Assembly: GCA_035620635.1 (NCBI GenBank)
Contig: DASPGL010000204.1
Span: forward strand, 1 to 45,322
Reading direction: 5' to 3'
Origin: Nitrospira sp.
GTDB lineage: Bacteria; Nitrospirota; Nitrospiria; Nitrospirales; Nitrospiraceae
DNA: 45,322 nucleotides
The position numbers and the translations under genes were made by a program. Every line of letters begins with the position of its first letter. Within the stretch, counting starts at the first letter, position 1. Below are positions 39,107-45,322 of this stretch, in pieces. The notes beneath the pieces are model-generated. The model did no database searches. It had not been told where the DNA came from and was given only the letters and a program-made list of their open reading frames with translations.

Positions 39107-41098
39107 ATGATTCCTGAGATCGGTCACTTCGCCTTGATTCTCGCGCTCTGCGTCGCCCTCGTGCAGGGGAGTCTTCCCATCTACGGCGCGGCGGTGGGGA
39201 ACTCCGCGCTGATGGCCGTGGCCAAGCCGGCAGCCCGTGGGCAGTTCTTGCTCGTGTTGATCGCATTCGGCTGCCTTGCCTATGCCTTTGCCCAGAAGGA
39301 CTTTTCCGTGTTGTATGTCGCGGCCACGTCGAATTCCCAATTGCCGTTACATTATCGCCTCGCCGCGATCTGGGGGGCGCACGAGGGGTCGCTCCTCTTG
39401 TGGACCTTCATCCTGACGATCTGGATGTTTGCCGTCACGCTGTTTTCCTCCCATCTGCCTGAAACGATGCGGTCGCGCATACTCGGTGTGATGGGGCTCG
39501 TCAGCGTGGGCTTTCTCCTGTTCATGTTGACCGTGTCCAATCCCTTCGAGCGGTTGATCCCGGCCGCAGCGGAGGGGCGCGACTTGAATCCCCTGCTGCA
39601 GGACCCCGGCATGGTGATGCACCCGCCCATGCTCTACATGGGCTATGTCGGATTTTCCGTGGCCTTTGCCTTCGCGCTTGCTGCGCTCTTGGGGGGCAAC
39701 CTCGATGCGGCCTGGGCGCGATGGTCGCGCCCGTGGACGACGGTTGCCTGGTGTTTTCTGACGGTCGGCATCGCGCTGGGAAGCGGGTGGGCCTATTACG
39801 AACTGGGTTGGGGAGGATGGTGGTTCTGGGATCCGGTTGAAAACGCCTCGTTCATGCCGTGGTTGGCCGGCACGGCGTTGATTCATTCGCTTGCCGTGAC
39901 CGATAAACGGGGCGGGTTCAAGGTCTGGACGGTGTTGCTCGCTATCATGGCGTTCTCGTTGAGCCTGCTCGGAACGTTTCTCGTACGCTCCGGCGTGCTG
40001 ACCTCTGTCCACGCCTTCGCCACCGACCCGAAGCGCGGCCTGTTCATTCTGGCCTTTCTCGCGGTCGTGATCGGCGGCTCCTTGGTGCTGTACGCCTGGC
40101 GCGCGCCTCGCGTCGGGCTGGGCGGTGGGTTTGCCGCCGTGTCCCGTGAAGGAATGTTGCTGGCCAACAATGTCTTGCTGGTCGCGGCGATGGGGTCCGT
40201 GCTATTGGGCACCCTGTATCCGCTGTTCTTGGATGCGCTGGACCTCGGAAAGATCTCTGTCGGGCCGCCCTATTTCGATTCGGTATTCGCTCCGTTGATG
40301 ACGCCGGCGCTCTTCTTGATGGGGATCGGTCCGCTGGCGCAGTGGAAGAAGGCGGACATGCCTGATCTTGCCAAGCGATTGCGCTGGGCGTTCGGCGTCA
40401 GCGTGGCGACAGCGGTGGGGTTGCCGATCGTTCTGGGTCACTGGACACCGCTCTTCAGTCTGGGGCTCATGTTGGCAATCTGGATCGTGACGACGGCCGT
40501 GGTCAGCGTGCGAGAGCGGATTGCCCACGGTGAGGGCGCCAGTGTTGCGGCCCGCCTCACGACGGTGCCGCGCGCCTACTGGGGCATGCTGCTGGCTCAC
40601 TGCGGGATCGCCGTCTTCATTGTCGGAGTGACGATGGTGAAGGGATTCGAAACGGAGCAGGATGTCCGGATGAATGTCGGTGAAACAGCGACCATCGGCG
40701 GCTATACGTTTCGATTCGATGGCGCACAGGATGTTGTGGGGCCGAACTATACGGCGGCGCGCGGCACGTTTCACGTGAGCCGCGATGGCCGTGACACAGC
40801 GGTGATGTATCCGGAAAAGCGGCGCTACACCGCCCAGAATCAGGTGATGACGGAAGCCGCGATCGACTCCGGATTGTTGCGCGACCTGTACGTATCGTTG
40901 GGCGAGCCGCTCGATGACGGGGCGTGGAGTGTGCGGCTCTATCACAAGCCCTTCGTGGATTGGATCTGGGGCGGATGTTTGATCATGGCGCTGGGTGGAG
41001 TGTTGGCCGTCAGCGACCGCCGCTACCGCCCGGCATGGCGACGTGAAGCGCAGGCTGTGCCTGCGACGGCGCGGATGGCCGGGCGGCAGGTGGCATGA
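39107..41098 (+). CDS. ccmF: Cytochrome c heme lyase CcmF
   Basis: MIPEIG, WGAHEGS, HPPMLYMGY, WGGWWFWDPVENAS, SVHAFA. Confidence 0.97.
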   Translation: MIPEIGHFALILALCVALVQGSLPIYGAAVGNSALMAVAKPAARGQFLLVLIAFGCLAYAFAQKDFSVLYVAATSNSQLPLHYRLAAIWGAHEGSLLLWTFILTIWMFAVTLFSSHLPETMRSRILGVMGLVSVGFLLFMLTVSNPFERLIPAAAEGRDLNPLLQDPGMVMHPPMLYMGYVGFSVAFAFALAALLGGNLDAAWARWSRPWTTVAWCFLTVGIALGSGWAYYELGWGGWWFWDPVENASFMPWLAGTALIHSLAVTDKRGGFKVWTVLLAIMAFSLSLLGTFLVRSGVLTSVHAFATDPKRGLFILAFLAVVIGGSLVLYAWRAPRVGLGGGFAAVSREGMLLANNVLLVAAMGSVLLGTLYPLFLDALDLGKISVGPPYFDSVFAPLMTPALFLMGIGPLAQWKKADMPDLAKRLRWAFGVSVATAVGLPIVLGHWTPLFSLGLMLAIWIVTTAVVSVRERIAHGEGASVAARLTTVPRAYWGMLLAHCGIAVFIVGVTMVKGFETEQDVRMNVGETATIGGYTFRFDGAQDVVGPNYTAARGTFHVSRDGRDTAVMYPEKRRYTAQNQVMTEAAIDSGLLRDLYVSLGEPLDDGAWSVRLYHKPFVDWIWGGCLIMALGGVLAVSDRRYRPAWRREAQAVPATARMAGRQVA

Positions 41099-41622
41099 AC
41101 CGGTTTTTTCTCCCGTTGACGATCTTCGGGATCATGGTCGGCTTTCTCGCGGTCGGCCTGACGCTCAACCCGCGTGAGATTCCGTCCCCGCTCGTAGGGA
41201 AGGCCGCCCCGCAGTTTTCGCTCCCGCAACTCCACGATCAGGACAAGGTGTTTTCGCCTGAAGAAATGAAGGGCCAGGTGTGGCTGCTCAACTTCTGGGC
41301 CTCGTGGTGCAGCGGCTGCAAGACCGAACACCCGGTCCTGATGGACCTCGCCAAATCCGGAGAGGTATCTATCTACGGGATGGACTATAAGGATCAGAAG
41401 GACGAGGCCCTCACGTGGCTGAAGCGCTGGGGAAATCCCTATCCGATTGTGGCTGTGGATGCCGCGGGGCGTGTCGGCATCGACTACGGAGTCTACGGTG
41501 TCCCTGAGACCTATGTGATCGACAAGCAGGGCGTCATCCGGTACAAACAGATCGGCCCCTTGGATGATGAGACGGTGGCCAAGAAGATTATTCCGCTTGT
41601 GAAGGAACTCCAGGCAAAATGA
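41095..41622 (+). CDS. ccmG: Thiol:disulfide interchange protein CcmG/DsbE
   Basis: NFWASWCSGC (CxxC), YGVYGVPETY. Confidence 0.95.
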   Translation: MNRFFLPLTIFGIMVGFLAVGLTLNPREIPSPLVGKAAPQFSLPQLHDQDKVFSPEEMKGQVWLLNFWASWCSGCKTEHPVLMDLAKSGEVSIYGMDYKDQKDEALTWLKRWGNPYPIVAVDAAGRVGIDYGVYGVPETYVIDKQGVIRYKQIGPLDDETVAKKIIPLVKELQAK

Positions 41623-42080
41623 GGTGGCTGACGCTCATTGTGCTGCTCATGCCCGGACTGAGTCTGGCGGGAGAAGCCAGGCCTCTGGCCGATGATCCTG
41701 TGGCCGAGGCGCGGCTCAAGCATCTGGCTGTCGAGCTCCGGTGCCTGGTTTGCCAGAACCAGACCCTGGCCGATTCAAACGCTCCGCTCGCGGAGGATCT
41801 GCGCCGCGAAGTCCGCGACATGATCGCCAGGAACATGAGTGACCAGGAAATCATCGATTTCTTGGTTTCCCGCTATGGCGATTTTGTCTTGTACCGGCCG
41901 CCCCTGAAGGCTACGACCTCGCTCCTCTGGCTGGGACCGTTCGTGTTGGTTGTCGCCGGCGGCGTCGCACTGGTGACGGCCTTGAGGCGTCGGAGCCAGA
42001 AAGTCGCTGCCGTGACGATGACGGAAGAGGAGCATCGGCGGGTAGAGCAACTCTTATCACAAGGAGTCAAACGATCATGA
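41619..42080 (+). CDS. ccmH: Cytochrome c biogenesis protein CcmH
   Basis: LRCLVCQNQTLADSNA, RYGDFVLYRPP. Confidence 0.95.
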   Translation: MRWLTLIVLLMPGLSLAGEARPLADDPVAEARLKHLAVELRCLVCQNQTLADSNAPLAEDLRREVRDMIARNMSDQEIIDFLVSRYGDFVLYRPPLKATTSLLWLGPFVLVVAGGVALVTALRRRSQKVAAVTMTEEEHRRVEQLLSQGVKRS

Positions 42081-43369
42081 CCCTCACTTTCTGGCTCATT
42101 GCCTCGGCCATGACGATTGTCGTCCTTGGTCTGATCCTGCAGCCGTTGTTGAAGCGTACCGGCACCGCGACCGGAGAACAGGAGAAGACCTTGCCGGTCT
42201 ATCGGCAGCAGTTTGCAGAATTGTTGCAGGATCGCGCCAGCGGCCTTCTTACGGACGAGCAGTACCAGGTGGCGCGGGAGGAGCTGGAGCGCCGGCTGCT
42301 CGAAGAAACCGGCGCCATGGAGACGTCGGTGCCGGCGGCCGGTCGATTGGCCAACCTGAGACTCGTGGCACTCGCGCTGGTCATACTCGTGCCGACGGTC
42401 AGTGGAGTGCTCTACTGGACGCTGGGTAACCCGGCTGCCATGACGCATCCGGACGTTTCCGGGATCTCGTCACAAGGAGTGTCCGATGAAGCCCGACAGA
42501 TGGCGGACGGACTCAACACCCTGATTGAGCGATTGAAGAAGAAACTCGAGGAGAATCCCGGCGACGCTGTCGGGTGGACCCTCTTGGCGCGGTCCTATAT
42601 GGCGATGGAACGGTACGCCGAGGCGGTGCCGATCTTCGACAAGGCTGTGAAGCTCAATCCCAACGACGCGAATCTGCTGGCCGATTACGCCGATGCGCTC
42701 GGGGTGCACCAGGGCCGCAAACTGGAGGGCAGGCCGGAGACGTTGATTCAGAAGGCGCTGAAGCTCGATCCGAATAACGTGAAAGCCCTGATGTTGTCCG
42801 GGACGGTGGCGTTCAACCGGCAGAACTTTGCGGCGGCAGCCAAAGACTGGGAGCACGCGCTCGCGAATCTGCCCGCGAATTCAGATCCTGAATCCACGGA
42901 GCAGCTGACCGCCAGTATCGGCGAGGCCAAGCGACGGATGGGTGGCGGGGCTCCGCTGATGATGGCGGCGAATGCGGCGTCGTCGGCTCCGGCGAAACCG
43001 GCGGCGGCTCCGAAGTCCAGTCCGGGTCGGGCGATCACGGGCAAAGTCGTGCTGGGCCCGAGCATGGCGAGCAAAGGCTCCGCGACGGATACCCTGTTCG
43101 TGTTTGCGAAGGAACTGAACGGCCCGCCGATGCCGGTGTCTATCGTGCGCGCGACCAAACAGGATCTGCCTTTTACGTTCAGACTGGATGATTCAACCAG
43201 TCCGATGCCTTCCCGCAAACTGTCCGATATCGAAACGGTGGTGATTGTGGCGCGCCTGTCGAAGTCCGGCAAAGCGATGCCGGAGAGCGGTGATCTTGAG
43301 GGGACGAGTCAACCGGTCAAGCCGGGGGCGGAAGGCGTCACGGTCGTCATCGATCGTCAACGCCCTTAG
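42077..43369 (+). CDS. ccmI: Cytochrome c biogenesis protein CcmI/CycH (TPR plus C-terminal domain)
   Basis: N-terminal TM with VYRQQ..EL, TPR repeats (GWTLLARSY, ADYADAL, KALMLSG), C-terminal GPPMP..LPFTFRLDD..ARLSKSG.A domain. Confidence 0.93.
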   Translation: MTLTFWLIASAMTIVVLGLILQPLLKRTGTATGEQEKTLPVYRQQFAELLQDRASGLLTDEQYQVAREELERRLLEETGAMETSVPAAGRLANLRLVALALVILVPTVSGVLYWTLGNPAAMTHPDVSGISSQGVSDEARQMADGLNTLIERLKKKLEENPGDAVGWTLLARSYMAMERYAEAVPIFDKAVKLNPNDANLLADYADALGVHQGRKLEGRPETLIQKALKLDPNNVKALMLSGTVAFNRQNFAAAAKDWEHALANLPANSDPESTEQLTASIGEAKRRMGGGAPLMMAANAASSAPAKPAAAPKSSPGRAITGKVVLGPSMASKGSATDTLFVFAKELNGPPMPVSIVRATKQDLPFTFRLDDSTSPMPSRKLSDIETVVIVARLSKSGKAMPESGDLEGTSQPVKPGAEGVTVVIDRQRP

Positions 43370-43415
43370 GGCGTCACAGCCTGCCAGTTTTGCCTCGTCC
43401 CATTTCGGGAATCGG

Positions 43416-43470
43416 GTGTGAATTCATCACACAAATTTTCTTGACAATTTGCTGTGCGCTGAGATATATG
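43416..43470 (+). promoter_or_regulatory. Putative haoA promoter with two palindromes
   Basis: GTGTGA-attca-TCACAC (43416-43432); AAATTTTC-TT-GACAATTT (43433-43450) overlapping a perfect TTGACA -35 (43441-43446); AT-rich weak -10 near 43464-43470. Confidence 0.55.
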
Positions 43471-43605
43471 TGCGCGGCGCACCGGAGAACCCGTTTGACT
43501 GAACCTTATTGATGGCGAAAATTCTGGACGAACATTCGAGCAATATGATTCGACCGACATGGTGATAGACGCGGAGCGTTTCCCACAAACAAAGGAGCGT
43601 TTACG

Positions 43606-45315
43606 ATGAGCGTCAAGTTGGTGCAGAAGTGTGTGCTGCTCGTCTGCGGCCTGTTGGTGACCGCACCGGTGCAGGCGGACTTCCCGTCCGTGCCGAAGGA
43701 GACCTACGAGGCTCTGAAGCTGGACCGGTCGGCCTCACCCAAGGAGCTGTATGAGGCCTTGGTGAAGCGGTACCTCGACCCGGCCCAGGGGGCGGGCAAA
43801 GGGATCTACGGTCAGTATTGGGAGCCGGTGTCATTCAGCCGGTATTTCGATCCGGCCTCCTTCTACAAGCCGCCGCAGTCGGTGAAAGAAGTGGCAAGCC
43901 GCGAGCAGTGCGTGAAGTGCCACACCGACGAGTCGCCGGGCTGGGTTGCCGCATGGAAGCGCAGTACGCATGCCAACCTGGGCAAGATCCGGAAGCTCAC
44001 CCCGAAGGATGAGACCTTCTACAAGAAGGCCAAGCTCGAAGCCATCGAGGAGAATCTCCGTTCGCTGGGCAAGCTCGGCAAGGGAGAGCAGCTCAAGGAA
44101 GTGGGCTGTATCGACTGTCACTTCGACATCAATACCAAGAACAAGGCCGATCACCGCAAGGACATCAAGCTGGCAACCGCCGATACCTGCGGCACCTGCC
44201 ATCTCCAGGAATTCGCCGAGCGGGAATCCGAGCGGGATACGATCACGTGGCCGAAGGATCAGTGGCCCAAGGGCCGGCCATCCCACGCGTTGGACTACAA
44301 GGCCAACGTCGAAGTGGAAGTCTATGCTGGAATGTCCCAGCGCGAAATCGCCGATGGCTGCACGGGCTGCCACATCAACCAGAACAAGTGCGATACCTGC
44401 CACGCGAGACACGAATTCTCCGTGGCCGAATCACGTAAGCCTGAAGTCTGTGCCCAGTGCCATAGCGGCGCCGATCATAACAACTGGGAAGCGTACTCCC
44501 TGTCGAAGCATGGCCTGAAGTATCAGCGTGACAAATCCCACTGGAACTTCAATATTCCGATCAAGGAAGCCATCGCCAAGGGGAGTGAGACTGCACCGAC
44601 CTGTCAGTACTGCCATTTGGAATATCAGGGCAAGGTCACGCATAACGTCGTCCGCAAAGTCCGGTGGGCCAACTATCCGTTCGTGCCTGGTATTCGGGAA
44701 AATATCTCGACCACGTGGTCGGATAAGCGGTTGGATTCCTGGGTGAAGACCTGTACCCAGTGCCACTCCGAGACCTATGCCCGAGCCTGGATGGAGTTCA
44801 TGGATAAGGGGACTTATTCAGGACTGGACAAGTACGATGAGGCCCATCACGTGGTGGAGGAGCAGTACAACGCGGGCCTGCTCACGGGCCAGAAGACCAA
44901 CCGGCCCACGCCGCCGGCTCCGGTGAAGGACGGCTTTGAGCAGTTCTTCCAGATCTACTGGTCGAAGGGCAACAACCCGGCCGCCAATGAATTGAAGCTG
45001 TTCGAAATGGCGGAAGACCATCTGGTGCAGTTGCACGTGAGTTTGGCCCACCAGTACTGGGGCTACACGTACACGGTGGGTTGGGCCGCGATGAACCGGG
45101 CCTATGTCGAGATCATGGACGATAACACGAGGCTGAAGGAGATGCAGAACCTGTTGGCCCGTGTGGATCGGTTGGAGACCGAACGCAAGAACTCCCTGCT
45201 CGACCTTGACAGCACGGGAGGGAAGCTCTCGCTGGGTGGCCTGGGTGGCGGCATGATGCTGGCCGGGACCCTTGCCATTGCGGGCTGGCGGCGGCGGGAG
45301 AGGAAAGATCGTTGA
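43606..45315 (+). CDS. haoA: Hydroxylamine dehydrogenase/oxidoreductase (octaheme cytochrome c), AOB/comammox type
   Basis: Signal peptide ending VQA-DF; eight CxxCH motifs (CVKCH, CIDCH, CGTCH, CTGCH, CDTCH, CAQCH, CQYCH, CTQCH); [25 protein letters not shown]; SGADHNNWE; [15 protein letters not shown] cross-link Tyr region; C-terminal TM; RBS AAGGAG. Confidence 0.95.
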   Translation: MSVKLVQKCVLLVCGLLVTAPVQADFPSVPKETYEALKLDRSASPKELYEALVKRYLDPAQGAGKGIYGQYWEPVSFSRYFDPASFYKPPQSVKEVASREQCVKCHTDESPGWVAAWKRSTHANLGKIRKLTPKDETFYKKAKLEAIEENLRSLGKLGKGEQLKEVGCIDCHFDINTKNKADHRKDIKLATADTCGTCHLQEFAERESERDTITWPKDQWPKGRPSHALDYKANVEVEVYAGMSQREIADGCTGCHINQNKCDTCHARHEFSVAESRKPEVCAQCHSGADHNNWEAYSLSKHGLKYQRDKSHWNFNIPIKEAIAKGSETAPTCQYCHLEYQGKVTHNVVRKVRWANYPFVPGIRENISTTWSDKRLDSWVKTCTQCHSETYARAWMEFMDKGTYSGLDKYDEAHHVVEEQYNAGLLTGQKTNRPTPPAPVKDGFEQFFQIYWSKGNNPAANELKLFEMAEDHLVQLHVSLAHQYWGYTYTVGWAAMNRAYVEIMDDNTRLKEMQNLLARVDRLETERKNSLLDLDSTGGKLSLGGLGGGMMLAGTLAIAGWRRRERKDR

Positions 45316-45322
45316 TTGCAAC

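Overview
High-GC bacterial chromosome segment, most likely from a complete ammonia-oxidising (comammox) Nitrospira. This is an inference: an AOB-type octaheme hydroxylamine dehydrogenase (haoA) lies directly behind a complete System I cytochrome c maturation operon (ccmABCDEFGHI), in a core backbone that does not look betaproteobacterial. Positions 1-35.5 kb are core genome: hisA-hisF-hisIE-HIT; dnaG-rpoD-tRNA-Ile2(CAT)-zinc ribbon; a short RNase HIII; an M48 lipoprotein; RNase P RNA; ilvB-ilvN-ilvC-psd-pssA; leuA-cupin-leuB-NHL-asd; DUF2905-SpoIID-queA; SurA-like/RDD; mreBCD-mrdA-rodA-rng; dprA-topA. After an ~830-bp scar holding two decayed toxin/antitoxin-type gene fragments, the ccm-hao block runs to the end of the window. 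Non-coding highlights: a complete leucine-specific T-box riboswitch inside the operon before leuA, a ~180-bp MITE after asd, two copies of a hexamer-repeat inverted repeat, a heptamer-repeat inverted repeat, long structured leaders before rng and ilvB, and palindromes at the haoA promoter. I found no clearly new multi-gene system. The best leads are regulatory (T-box, hao promoter, rng leader), the ccm-hao island boundary, and the cupin and NHL genes inserted into the leu-asd operon.
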